Origin: Cyclobacteriaceae bacterium | Lineage (GTDB): Bacteria; Bacteroidota; Bacteroidia; Cytophagales; Cyclobacteriaceae | Assembly: GCA_035408225.1 (NCBI GenBank) | Contig: DAOOCD010000001.1 | Span: forward strand, 3,384 to 67,383 | Length of the DNA: 64,000 nucleotides | Direction of reading: 5' to 3' | Shown: positions 9,683 to 18,691 of the stretch, piece by piece | Layout: the number at the start of each line of letters is the position of its first letter | Position numbering within the stretch: the stretch's first letter is position 1 | Notes under the pieces: generated by a model | Told to the model about the DNA's origin: nothing | Databases searched by the model: none | The model's input: the letters and a program-made list of their open reading frames with translations, nothing else | Program-made: the position numbers and the translations under genes

Positions 9683-10795
9683 TTAGTGTGTAGGGTACCA
9701 ATCAAGCTGTGTATGCTGATAAACCTTATTTTCCCATTCCAGTAACCGCGGATTCATTGTCGCAAACCATAGGGGAGGGAGGAGGGCAACTAATATCATG
9801 GTTGGGTATCCGAATGGCAGCTGTGGGCTTTCATCATAATGCTTAAGCACCTGGTAGCGTTTTATGGCATTAGCATGATGATCTGAGTGTCTTTGTAATT
9901 GGAAAAGAAAAAAATTGCTGATCAGATGACTTGCGTTCCATGAGTGAAGAGGATTCACTCTTTCATAAATTCCTGATGCTGTTTGTTTACGTACAATACC
10001 ATAATGCTCCACATAGTTTACAAGTTCTAGTAAAGTGAAAGCAACTACACTTTGCGCAAAGAAGAAGACCGGGATCTCCCATGAAAATTTTCCTTTAACT
10101 AGACTAAATGTCAGTGTTATTAAACTACAAAAAATAATTGGCAAGAGGATATACCATAGCATCTCGTTCTTACGCGCAAACCAGGAAGTTCCTTTTCTCT
10201 TAAGTCTTTCCGTTTCGAGTTTCCATGCATGCGCATATCCATGAAACACAGATCGCACCCAGAAGGAATAAAAGTCTTCATTTTTCCTTGCGGTAGCTGG
10301 ATCTTCGGGTGTTGCTACGTTTACATGATGGCCCCGATTGTGTTCAATGTAAAAGTGCATGTAGCAAACTGTCATTAGTAGCATTTTGCTATAAAATCTC
10401 TCCAGCCTGGACTTTTTATGCCCTAGTTCATGAGCCACCGTTATGCCGATACCTCCGGTAACAAGTCCGGTACTAATTACAAATCCAATCCATTCATAGG
10501 TTGTATTAAGTAGTCCCGTGCTGACTGCGTAAAAGGCCCACAGCAAAAAGATAAATTGAACATAGGTCCATACATACGTGACCAAACGGTAGTATACTTC
10601 TTCCCCAATTATTTTGGCTTCCTGGTCTGAAACATTTGTAGTGTCCAGCCCTGTTAGGTAGTCGATACTGGTGATAATAATGAATACGAAGCCAAGGGGG
10701 ATAAAATTCCACCACCCACCTTGATAAAAGCCTATGATGACCAGAACTGGAAGGATAAATGCAGTAAAAAAACCAATCTTCTTGATGAATTTCAT
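9683..10795 (-). CDS. alkB: Alkane 1-monooxygenase (integral-membrane di-iron hydroxylase)
   Basis: All AlkB His boxes present: HELGHK, EHNRGHH, NYVEHYG, LQRHSDHHA; also ATPEDPATAR and SPQLP. Confidence 0.92.
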   Translation of the reverse strand: MKFIKKIGFFTAFILPVLVIIGFYQGGWWNFIPLGFVFIIITSIDYLTGLDTTNVSDQEAKIIGEEVYYRLVTYVWTYVQFIFLLWAFYAVSTGLLNTTYEWIGFVISTGLVTGGIGITVAHELGHKKSRLERFYSKMLLMTVCYMHFYIEHNRGHHVNVATPEDPATARKNEDFYSFWVRSVFHGYAHAWKLETERLKRKGTSWFARKNEMLWYILLPIIFCSLITLTFSLVKGKFSWEIPVFFFAQSVVAFTLLELVNYVEHYGIVRKQTASGIYERVNPLHSWNASHLISNFFLFQLQRHSDHHANAIKRYQVLKHYDESPQLPFGYPTMILVALLPPLWFATMNPRLLEWENKVYQHTQLDWYPTH

Positions 10796-10927
10796 TCTTC
10801 GAATTTACAAAATGACTTGTGATTGGGTTAATTCACCAAAGAAAAATGAAGTGCTTATTGATTATACCCCTTCAATTGGTAGTGGCTATTGCAATAACCC
10901 AATAATATCACTTTCAATTAATTAGGC

Positions 10928-10935
10928 TACCTTTG
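10928..10935 (+). promoter_or_regulatory. Bacteroidota -7 promoter box of the DEAD-box helicase gene
   Basis: TACCTTTG, 24 bp upstream of the ATG. Confidence 0.6.
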
Positions 10936-10958
10936 TTACTTATTATATAACACAATTA

Positions 10959-12692
10959 ATGGAATCATTTGATGGCCTGGGACTCTCCGGGCAACTGGTG
11001 GAAGTTATCCGCCAAATGGGTTTTGAATCACCCACACCGATTCAGGAAAAGGCGATCCCGATACTTTTAAAAGGAAATGTTGATCTGGTTGGTCTGGCAC
11101 AGACAGGTACTGGTAAAACAGCCGCATTTGGCTTGCCCTTGTTGCAATTAGTAAATGAATCGGACCGGTCAACGCAGGCCCTTATTGTAGCGCCTACGCG
11201 CGAACTAAGTGTTCAGATCACCAGCGATCTGGAACGATTCTCTGCTTCGATAATGAAATTGAATATTGTTACCGTTTATGGCGGTGCCAGTATCAGTGAC
11301 CAGATTAAAAAAATCAGACGCGGAGCACAAATTATTGTTGCAACTCCGGGCCGTTTAATCGATTTATTGTCCCGCAAGGTAGTTGACCTAACCACCGTAA
11401 AGTATGTGGTGTTGGATGAAGCGGATGAAATGCTGAACATGGGTTTTAAGGAAGATATCGATGAGATTCTTTCTACAACGCCCAAAGAAAAGAATGTTTG
11501 GCTTTTCTCAGCCACCATGCCCCGTGAAGTACGCGAGATTGCCAAGAACTACATGCGCAATCCCGAAGAAGTTACCATGGGCGAGCGTAATCAGGGAAAC
11601 GAAAATATTGACCACCAGTATATCATGGTGGATGAACGTGATAAGTATCTCGCATTAAAACGTTTTGTTGATTATGCACCCGATATTTTTGGTGTAATCT
11701 TTTGCAGAACAAAAATCGATACGCAAAAAATTGCTGAGCATTTGATTAAGGATGGCTATAGTGCCGACTCGCTTCATGGAGACCTTACACAGCAGCAGCG
11801 CGATCGCGTTATGCGCAACTTCAAGAGCAAAACGTTACAATTATTGATAGCTACTGATGTGGCAGCACGCGGGATTGATGTAACAGGCATAACCCATGTC
11901 ATTCACATGAACATGCCTGACGAAATGGAGTACTATACGCACCGTAGCGGTCGCACGGCCAGGGCTGGTAAGAAGGGAATTTCTCTCGCTATTGTTTCCA
12001 AAAAGGAAGTAGGGAAAATTCAACAGGTAGAGCGTGGGTTGAAGCGGAAGTTTACTCGTATACCCGTGCCTACAGGCGATGAGGTATGTCAGAAGAAATT
12101 ATTGGATCTTGTGCATAAGGTTCGCCAGGTGGAGGTGAATGAAGAGGAAATCGACTCATTCTTACCGGAAGTATATCACGAACTAAAAGATCTTAGTAAG
12201 GAAGATATCATCAAGCGATTTGCTTCCATTGAGTTTAACCGGTTTCTTGAATACTATCGCGATGCACGGGATCTCAATAAATCAGACAGATCGAAGACAT
12301 TTGAATCATCGGAGGGAGAGAGTGAGCGTTATTCTGATGGCGACCGCATCTTTATCAACGTTGGAAAAATGGATGGCCTTGAGAAGGGAAATCTGCTTGA
12401 ACTTATTTGTGACTTCGGTGAGGTAACAAGTGCGGCCATTGGCAAAATAGATTTGAAAGGTGCTTATTCTTTTTTTGAAATTCAAAAAGATAAGACAGCA
12501 CAAGTGATGAAAGGGTTTGAAGGTGTGGAGTTGCGAGGAAGAAAAGTGCGTCTTGAAATGACGGAGCCTCACAAGGAAAAATATTCAGAGAAAAAGAAAG
12601 AAAGGTTTTACGGTTCTAAACCACAAGGATCTTATCGTGAGCGCAGCGGCTCGGGGGGTGATGCTCCACGCAAAAGAACAAAGCGGTATTGA
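10959..12692 (+). CDS. DEAD-box RNA helicase (DeaD/CsdA-like, with DbpA RNA-binding domain)
   Basis: AQTGTGKT, PTREL, DEAD, SAT, HRSGRTAR; C-terminal RIFINVG DbpA-type domain and basic tail. Confidence 0.95.
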   Translation: MESFDGLGLSGQLVEVIRQMGFESPTPIQEKAIPILLKGNVDLVGLAQTGTGKTAAFGLPLLQLVNESDRSTQALIVAPTRELSVQITSDLERFSASIMKLNIVTVYGGASISDQIKKIRRGAQIIVATPGRLIDLLSRKVVDLTTVKYVVLDEADEMLNMGFKEDIDEILSTTPKEKNVWLFSATMPREVREIAKNYMRNPEEVTMGERNQGNENIDHQYIMVDERDKYLALKRFVDYAPDIFGVIFCRTKIDTQKIAEHLIKDGYSADSLHGDLTQQQRDRVMRNFKSKTLQLLIATDVAARGIDVTGITHVIHMNMPDEMEYYTHRSGRTARAGKKGISLAIVSKKEVGKIQQVERGLKRKFTRIPVPTGDEVCQKKLLDLVHKVRQVEVNEEEIDSFLPEVYHELKDLSKEDIIKRFASIEFNRFLEYYRDARDLNKSDRSKTFESSEGESERYSDGDRIFINVGKMDGLEKGNLLELICDFGEVTSAAIGKIDLKGAYSFFEIQKDKTAQVMKGFEGVELRGRKVRLEMTEPHKEKYSEKKKERFYGSKPQGSYRERSGSGGDAPRKRTKRY

Positions 12693-12699
12693 TTGAATG

Positions 12700-12765
12700 A
12701 CCATATAGGAACATCTCTAAGCATAGAGAAAAGTCGAATCTATGCTTATTATGTGCCTATGTGGT
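12700..12765. repeat. Imperfect ~27-bp inverted repeat with ~9-nt internal periodicity, between convergent genes
   Basis: ACCATATAGGAACATCTCTAAGCATAGA ... TCTATGCTTATTATGTGCCTATGTGGT. Confidence 0.7.
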
Positions 12766-12771
12766 TTTGTT

Positions 12772-13251
12772 CTATAAGGGCTTAAACTGTTCGAAGGCTT
12801 CCTTGCAATCGTGGCAATAGTATAAAGCGCGGCACAGCGTGGGGCCGAATGGACTTTTCAATTCAGTATTTGAGCCATCGCACCTTGGGCAGATAGCCGT
12901 TTCAAGTATTTCCAGATCGGTGAAAATTTTATTGGATGGGGGCGGAGCTAACCCGTATTTTTTCAAAGCGACCTTGCCTTTTTCTGAGATCAAATCTGAA
13001 CTCCAGGGTTTTTTAAAACTGATCTGAACATCCGGAATTACTCCTTTTTCTTTCAGCAAATTCTCAACTTCCATTTTCATATAGTCCATAGCAGGACACC
13101 CTACAAACGTTGGGGTCATTTCTACTCGCACATGATTTTTATCAACTGTAACATCGGTGATCACACCAAGATCAACGAGTGATAGAACCGGAATTTCCGG
13201 ATCTTTTACATCCTCAAGCCAGGTAAGGATTTGTTGTTTGGAGATTACCAC
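12772..13251 (-). CDS. paaD: Phenylacetyl-CoA epoxidase subunit PaaD
   Basis: V.DPEIPVLS.VDLG, TPTFVGCPA, CPRC, FGPTLCRALYYC..C.EAFEQFK. Confidence 0.93.
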   Translation of the reverse strand: MVISKQQILTWLEDVKDPEIPVLSLVDLGVITDVTVDKNHVRVEMTPTFVGCPAMDYMKMEVENLLKEKGVIPDVQISFKKPWSSDLISEKGKVALKKYGLAPPPSNKIFTDLEILETAICPRCDGSNTELKSPFGPTLCRALYYCHDCKEAFEQFKPL

Positions 13252-14000
13252 TCGGCTGTTGGGTCAATCTTAAACACTTCGCTCATTTCATCCAGCAACG
13301 GTTGAAGATGTTCGCTGTGTTTTCCGAACCTTCCGCCCATGACTGGTTGCACAAGTTTCCAATCGGGGAGTTGCAAACTGGTTTGGGAGATTATTGATTC
13401 CACTTTAGTCATCCATTTTTCCATTAGTTTTTCTTCACCCTCAAAGATTCTCTCACTTATCAATTCTGTTTCGTATGGAGATATCTCGAAAATTCCAAGT
13501 GCATATGGCATGGCTTTCTCCAATGATTTTTGCAACCGATCAATGCTTTCAGGGGTTGCCGAACCCAATTGTTTGATCCAGGTATTGGCGTGGAGCGTGT
13601 GGTATCGCAACTCGCCCCTTATTTTGGTTGCCAGTTGTGCGAGAGGTTCATATGAAGAATGCGTTAGCATGTCAAAACGAAGTGCTTCGGCTGTATCAAA
13701 TAGAAAATGACGAATTAAACTGAAGTCGTATTCCTGGTTAGGGAGTTCAACAAAAACACAATTATGAAACTGATTGGCATTACGCGTGAAGGCTACAGTA
13801 TCGGGTTCGTTTTCACCTAACTGATGAAGTAATGTATACAGTGCTAAACTCTGCCCTACTTTATCCTGTGCCATGGAAGAGAATGCTATATCCTCCTCTA
13901 GCAAAGGCCCCATACCGGTCCATTCTGAATTGCGATGTCCTAAGATCAATTGATCATCGGCCATTTTGTAAAGAAGTTCTTTCAGGGCTAATTCATTCAT
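13245..14000 (-). CDS. paaC: Phenylacetyl-CoA epoxidase subunit PaaC
   Basis: ADDQLILGHRNSEW, LEEDIA, ELPN.EY, HSEHLQPLLDEM, P.AEW terminus. Confidence 0.93.
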   Translation of the reverse strand: MNELALKELLYKMADDQLILGHRNSEWTGMGPLLEEDIAFSSMAQDKVGQSLALYTLLHQLGENEPDTVAFTRNANQFHNCVFVELPNQEYDFSLIRHFLFDTAEALRFDMLTHSSYEPLAQLATKIRGELRYHTLHANTWIKQLGSATPESIDRLQKSLEKAMPYALGIFEISPYETELISERIFEGEEKLMEKWMTKVESIISQTSLQLPDWKLVQPVMGGRFGKHSEHLQPLLDEMSEVFKIDPTAEW

Positions 14001-14007
14001 TGCTTTC

Positions 14008-14610
14008 TTATTTTATTTTCTCTAAAAAGTCTTTGAGTTTATCACCCCCTTTATAATCCGAAGCATCGCGGAATTTTTTCTCAGGCAGAGTTATCCAAAG
14101 TTCCTTTTCTTCTTCAGTGGTGAATCGTATCGCATCCGTTGGAATAACCCAGACATTATAAACTACTTTGCCGGTATTAAATTCTGCTTTGGCAGAAACC
14201 ATCGCTTCCTGCGGACTAGTTGCTGTTACGGTTCCAACATGAATGTGTTGTTTTCCTCTTTTAGCGAGATGATAAATTTCAAAACTCTCTTTTACTCCAG
14301 CTGCTTCAGGATTATCTTCTATGAAATCATAGGAATTTTTTTCTCCTTCTGTCATAGGAGAAACGTAAACATTCCGCGTGTCCACAACATACAATGAAAC
14401 ACATGTGAACCTGCGGGTAAATGCTTCTTTAGCCAACACATAAGCCATTTCCAAATTAGGTGCATGCACAATTCCTTCGTGTTGAAACGACTTTCCTTCT
14501 TTAGGTTGTACAAAAACTTCAAATGTACCGAACTGATCAAGCGGAGCTTTAGGACTTACAGATTCCGTAACGGTTGGCAAGCGGTTTACTCGGGGATCAA
14601 GAGAGGCCAT
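14008..14610 (-). CDS. paaB: Phenylacetyl-CoA epoxidase subunit PaaB, with a tandem-duplicated domain
   Basis: FEVFVQ...HEGIVHAPNLEMA...AKEAFTRR..CVSLYVV, then a second copy FEIYH...HVGTVTATSPQEAM..AK...NVWVIP; located between paaA and paaC. Confidence 0.88.
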   Translation of the reverse strand: MASLDPRVNRLPTVTESVSPKAPLDQFGTFEVFVQPKEGKSFQHEGIVHAPNLEMAYVLAKEAFTRRFTCVSLYVVDTRNVYVSPMTEGEKNSYDFIEDNPEAAGVKESFEIYHLAKRGKQHIHVGTVTATSPQEAMVSAKAEFNTGKVVYNVWVIPTDAIRFTTEEEKELWITLPEKKFRDASDYKGGDKLKDFLEKIK

Positions 14611-14626
14611 TTTTTAAGTTAAAATA

Positions 14627-14711
14627 TGAGATATGAGTAGTGAGATGATGTGAGATTGATGTAATCGGTGAATCTTAAAAAGGGACTAGAATTCTCAATA
14701 CTCATATCTCA
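14627..14711. repeat. 19-bp inverted repeat built from 7-nt units, between paaA and paaB
   Basis: TGAGATA-TGAGTAG-TGAGA (14627-14645) versus TCTCAAT-ACTCATA-TCTCA (14693-14711); one mismatch, 47-nt loop. Confidence 0.8.
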
Positions 14712-14726
14712 AATCTAAAGTCTTCT

Positions 14727-15713
14727 TCAAGCCAGCGGGGTCACATAAGTTGTCTTAGGAGATTTAAGGGCTTCGCGCACCCAACGGCCCCGGGCTTCAG
14801 CAATTCTTCTTACTTCCAAACGCTCTTTATTGCAAGGGCCATCACCATTAATCACTCGCTTAAACTCTTCCCAGTCAGGTTCTGTGTATTCCCATTTACC
14901 AGTAGCTTCATTTTTCCTGAGCTTCGGATCAGGAATGGTGAATCCAAGTTCCCAGATCTTGGGTACGTACATGTCGAGAAACTGATTACGCATCTCATCG
15001 TTAGTGCCCATTTTTACTTTCCAGCGCATCAACACTTCAGTATGGGCAGAAATTTTATCGGAGGGACCAAAGAAGTGCATCATGGGTGCCCACCAGCGAT
15101 TCAAAGCTTCCTGAAACATCTGCCTTTGCCTAGGAGTACCCGAAGCCAGATATATAACACAGTGATGTCCATATTTCAAGTGAAAAGATTCTTCCGCACA
15201 GATGCGATCTAATGCCCTGCAATACGGACCATAACTACCTTTGGCATTTGCAAGCTGGTTTACGATTGCACCGGCATCAACCAGCCAGGAGATAAAACAG
15301 CAATCGGCCCAGGTAAATGTGGGGTAGTTGAAGATGTTCGAATATTTTGATTTTCCATTGATCAGATCTTCGATCATTTGTTCGCGCGGCTTACCAAGAG
15401 TTTCGGCAGCGCTGTACAAAAGTTGCCCATGACCGACCTCGTCCTGTACTTTGGCCATTAAAGCCATTTTTCTTTTAAATCCTGGGGCCCTGGTAATCCA
15501 GGTGCCTTCAGGCAACGCTCCAATAATTTCGCTATGGGCGTGTTGCTCAATCATGCGGATAAGTTGCTTGCGGTAAAGTTGAGGCATCCAGTCGGCAGGT
15601 TCAATCTTTTCACCTCGTTCGATTCTGGCTTCAAATTCTGCCAACTTTATTGGATCTTCCTGAGCAATGCTATCGGTCTTTATTCCCTCGAATGTATTTC
15701 CTCCTCCGTACAT
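14727..15713 (-). CDS. paaA: Phenylacetyl-CoA epoxidase subunit PaaA (di-iron catalytic subunit)
   Basis: [44 protein letters not shown]. Confidence 0.96.
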   Translation of the reverse strand: MYGGGNTFEGIKTDSIAQEDPIKLAEFEARIERGEKIEPADWMPQLYRKQLIRMIEQHAHSEIIGALPEGTWITRAPGFKRKMALMAKVQDEVGHGQLLYSAAETLGKPREQMIEDLINGKSKYSNIFNYPTFTWADCCFISWLVDAGAIVNQLANAKGSYGPYCRALDRICAEESFHLKYGHHCVIYLASGTPRQRQMFQEALNRWWAPMMHFFGPSDKISAHTEVLMRWKVKMGTNDEMRNQFLDMYVPKIWELGFTIPDPKLRKNEATGKWEYTEPDWEEFKRVINGDGPCNKERLEVRRIAEARGRWVREALKSPKTTYVTPLA

Positions 15714-15731
15714 AATAGTTGAATTTTTCTC

Positions 15732-15753
15732 CTAACAATCGTTTGCAAATATA
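15732..15753 (-). promoter_or_regulatory. paaA promoter: -7 box plus adjacent PaaR-type operator
   Basis: -7 box TATATTTG at 15746-15753. CTAACAATCGTTTG at 15732-15745 matches the recalled Thermus PaaR consensus CNAACNNNCGTTNG. Confidence 0.72.
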
Positions 15754-15814
15754 ACACTACCAGAGACAAGAAGGTTAGTCCCGTAAGGCAAAAAATAAGA
15801 TTGAAACCGTGGAT

Positions 15815-16402
15815 CTAGCTTTTTTTCAAGCCGTTTACCAACATATCGGCCAGTTGCTGACCTAATTCGCTGGGGTCAATTTTGCTGGAGGGATCGTACC
15901 ACATCGGCATCCAGTTTAGAGATGAAAAAAGAGTCATCACCGCCAATTTTTTGTCAATAGAATCTTTGAATTCACCCAGGCGGGCACCTTCTTCGATAAT
16001 GGCTTTAAACCGGTTAATGTAATTGATTCTCAACAATAGAAAATCGCGAAGGTATGGTTGGCTTAAATGTCTATGTTCATTCATGAAAACAGCGGATGCG
16101 GTAAGATCTTTCGCCATTACCTGAATATGACCGATAATACCTAAGCGGAGTTTTTCGGAGGCAGTTACGTTTTTCTTTTCTACTTCAGCCAGGGATTTAC
16201 GGAACTCCATGGCCATGTCGAAGCAGAGCTGCTGGAGGATTTCTTCTTTCGATTTGATGTGTGAATAGAGACTGGCAGCTTCAATACCCAGTTTCTGGGC
16301 CAGGTCTCGCATGGATGACGCTGCATAACCTTTTTCGCGAAATAACTCTGCAGCACTTCTGATTACCTGTTCTTTGCGGGATAAATTTCCTACTGCTTCC
16401 AT
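15815..16402 (-). CDS. paaR: TetR family regulator, probable PaaR
   Basis: TetR HTH (AAELFREKGY...SMRDLA...SLYSHIKSKEEIL); KstR2/PaaR-like C-terminus (NW...WY.P); directly upstream of paaA. Confidence 0.8.
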   Translation of the reverse strand: MEAVGNLSRKEQVIRSAAELFREKGYAASSMRDLAQKLGIEAASLYSHIKSKEEILQQLCFDMAMEFRKSLAEVEKKNVTASEKLRLGIIGHIQVMAKDLTASAVFMNEHRHLSQPYLRDFLLLRINYINRFKAIIEEGARLGEFKDSIDKKLAVMTLFSSLNWMPMWYDPSSKIDPSELGQQLADMLVNGLKKS

Positions 16403-16466
16403 ATGTCAACGAAATCGAAGGCTAATTTAATTAATTAAATTTGATAAAAATCCGGATTGGCAAAAA

Positions 16467-16961
16467 ATGAAATTTAATTCCGTTAAAGAATATTTTCTCA
16501 AGCTGAACAACACCGGGTATCAACTCATGATGGTACCCCTGATTCTCTTCATTTACTTTTACACGCAGTCTTACTTTTTGGATAGCCAGCCTTTGATCGA
16601 GCCACCGATGGGAGATTATTTGTTGCTGATCCTTATTGGATTAAGTGTAGCTGTGCTAGCAATCGTTCAGATAAAGTCTGCTAAAAAAGCAAACCGGATT
16701 GCTACGGAAGTTGGATTAGGAATTAAGCTGGAGAAGCTGGGAACAGTTTTGATTGCCAGGATGGTTTGGAAAGCGGCAATTACTTTATTGATGCCAATAG
16801 GGCTGGTAGTCACAGGCAATCAATTATTCAGCGTTCTGTTCGGTATAACACTGGCCTGGTTTTTTCTGCAATGGCCAACTCCAGGTCGGGTTTCTGAGTT
16901 ATTGAAGTTACGGGGTGATGAACGTGAAATGGTGCTTAGTAAGGGTGAAGCTTTTAAGTAG
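16467..16961 (+). CDS. Hypothetical membrane protein (about 4 TM)
   Basis: 164-aa ORF with ATG start and hydrophobic segments; fills the gap between neighbours. Confidence 0.75.
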   Translation: MKFNSVKEYFLKLNNTGYQLMMVPLILFIYFYTQSYFLDSQPLIEPPMGDYLLLILIGLSVAVLAIVQIKSAKKANRIATEVGLGIKLEKLGTVLIARMVWKAAITLLMPIGLVVTGNQLFSVLFGITLAWFFLQWPTPGRVSELLKLRGDEREMVLSKGEAFK

Positions 16962-16970
16962 ATGAGTAAG

Positions 16971-17006
16971 CCACAGATTCACAGAGTTTATTCTGTAAAT
17001 CTGTGG
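16971..17006. repeat. 15-bp inverted repeat of CACAGA units between convergent genes; possible bidirectional terminator
   Basis: CCACAGATTCACAGA-GTTTAT-TCTGTAAATCTGTGG, one mismatch. Confidence 0.75.
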
Positions 17007-17015
17007 AATCATTTT

Positions 17016-18011
17016 TTAGAATGTTACTCCAAAACTAAAGGCATTTAATTTGGGTCCTTTGTTTTCAATAAACAGTTCATTCAGATCGTAATTGAAGAAT
17101 AAATCCAGTTCTTCAAACCCTATCTGGAAGCGCAATCCATAGCGAAGGTTATTCAGGTAAAAGTTGTCGTGGTCTTTAGGCTTTATTTTGTCGCCATCTT
17201 CCTTGTAAACCTGTTTACTGTAACTATCGATCCGATATCCCACATAGGGCCCGGCACCAAACCGAAACGAATCTGAATCACCGCCATCAAAGAAACTGGG
17301 TTTTCTACGGTTCCCGCCAAAATCAATCATCGGTACCAGTTGAGCCTGGATGTACGTGGCCGTGAGTTTGCTTTTAGTAAAGTCAACATCCAGAGGATTT
17401 ATCGAAAATATAACTGAGTTGTCATCTTTGGAAATCATGGTTTGCTCATTCTGGAATTTGAAGTTATACCAGTTCACACCCAGGCCCCACTCCAGAAAAA
17501 ACTTGTTTGATACCCGCGTTCTTAGATTTGAATTAATTCCTACATACCATGAGCCCCAGGGTTTAACGGTGTATAAGCTATTGGTTTCATCTGGAAATTT
17601 TCCGTCCGACAAGTAGTTGTTCATTCCCAGATCAAAATTTATGGAATGATAGGTTCTTCTATGATGCCATTTATCTTTCTTGTGATTGTTTTCCCAATTT
17701 TCATCAACACTTCCCTCGTTTGTGTTTTCATTTACGGTTACCACTTCCTCTTTAATAGGTTCTTTAAGATACTCTGCCGAAGGCGCTTGCTGACTTGCCG
17801 TATCTTTTTGCTCTAATTTCACAATCAGGTCTGTCATTAATTTCTGAAAGTCGTATTGTTTCATCGTTTCAAGATCTTCCTTCTGAACAGCCACAATGAT
17901 CTTACTGCCTTCTCCCACTTTAATTACAACGGTATCAGCTGATTTGGTCTGTGCATGGCTGAGTACACCCAATAACATCAGTGCACCAGTATATATAAGT
18001 TTCGTGTTCAT
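17016..18011 (-). CDS. Outer-membrane beta-barrel protein (PorT-like) with an N-terminal extension
   Basis: Signal peptide ending SHA-Q; alternating beta strands; C-terminal SFGVTF. Confidence 0.8.
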   Translation of the reverse strand: MNTKLIYTGALMLLGVLSHAQTKSADTVVIKVGEGSKIIVAVQKEDLETMKQYDFQKLMTDLIVKLEQKDTASQQAPSAEYLKEPIKEEVVTVNENTNEGSVDENWENNHKKDKWHHRRTYHSINFDLGMNNYLSDGKFPDETNSLYTVKPWGSWYVGINSNLRTRVSNKFFLEWGLGVNWYNFKFQNEQTMISKDDNSVIFSINPLDVDFTKSKLTATYIQAQLVPMIDFGGNRRKPSFFDGGDSDSFRFGAGPYVGYRIDSYSKQVYKEDGDKIKPKDHDNFYLNNLRYGLRFQIGFEELDLFFNYDLNELFIENKGPKLNAFSFGVTF

Positions 18012-18016
18012 ATAAA

Positions 18017-18691
18017 TTAATTTCTTTTTAGTTTATCTTTTTTAAAATCGAAAGCGAATAGTTCATTTTTTGCATCGCGTAAACTGCCCAACTCGCCTTC
18101 GCCATTTTTCAGGTCAATAGCTTTATCAAGAATTTTCTTAAACCCATTGCTTTTTTCTGCTTCTGTCACTTTAGTAACAAGTGTAGTTGATGGCATAGGG
18201 TCAAGTGTAAATTCTATTACGATCGGTTTTTCAGCTTTTGCTACCGTTTCTATACTTACGGTTTCTAAATTCTCTATCAACTCCGTTTCGGTTTCTTTCA
18301 TAGGGGCCGCTGCTTGTACCTCTTCATTATTTTTTGGAGGCGTGATTTTTTCTCTTTGGCCGCGAGTTGATCTTTTAATTATTGCTACCTGATTTTTATT
18401 TTCTTTCTTCTCCACAGGATCAACCAATGACTCCTGAACTTGCGTAGGGTTTTTGATACCATCGTTTTGCTTCACGATTAGTTGCTGAGTATGATCCTGG
18501 GTTGATTGCCAGTAAAACCAAACACTGGTAAGCAATCCACACAGAACAAACACAGCGGCTGCACGCCACAGAATTACTGTGTTATTTTTTTTTGATAAAC
18601 CAGATTCTATTTTAGCCCACGCATCCTGTGACGGAGGAAGCCGGTGGTCACCCAGTTTATTCTTAAATAGTTGATCCATTCGGTTGCTCAT
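18017..18691 (-). CDS. Putative anti-sigma factor (single TM, charged low-complexity periplasmic linker)
   Basis: N-terminal DQLFKNKL....PPS..AW.KIE.GL, a TM helix and an E/K/T-rich tail; overlaps the ECF sigma 3' end. Confidence 0.75.
   Translation of the reverse strand: MSNRMDQLFKNKLGDHRLPPSQDAWAKIESGLSKKNNTVILWRAAAVFVLCGLLTSVWFYWQSTQDHTQQLIVKQNDGIKNPTQVQESLVDPVEKKENKNQVAIIKRSTRGQREKITPPKNNEEVQAAAPMKETETELIENLETVSIETVAKAEKPIVIEFTLDPMPSTTLVTKVTEAEKSNGFKKILDKAIDLKNGEGELGSLRDAKNELFAFDFKKDKLKRN

Noticed and set aside
18005-18020. Anti-sigma and beta-barrel genes as one frameshifted gene
   Set aside because: The barrel gene has its own ATG and signal peptide and the upstream gene has a clean stop, so they are two genes.
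18585-18593. A9 tract in the anti-sigma gene as a phase-variation site
   Set aside because: The frame is intact (SKKNN), and such runs are expected in AT-rich Lys/Asn codons.
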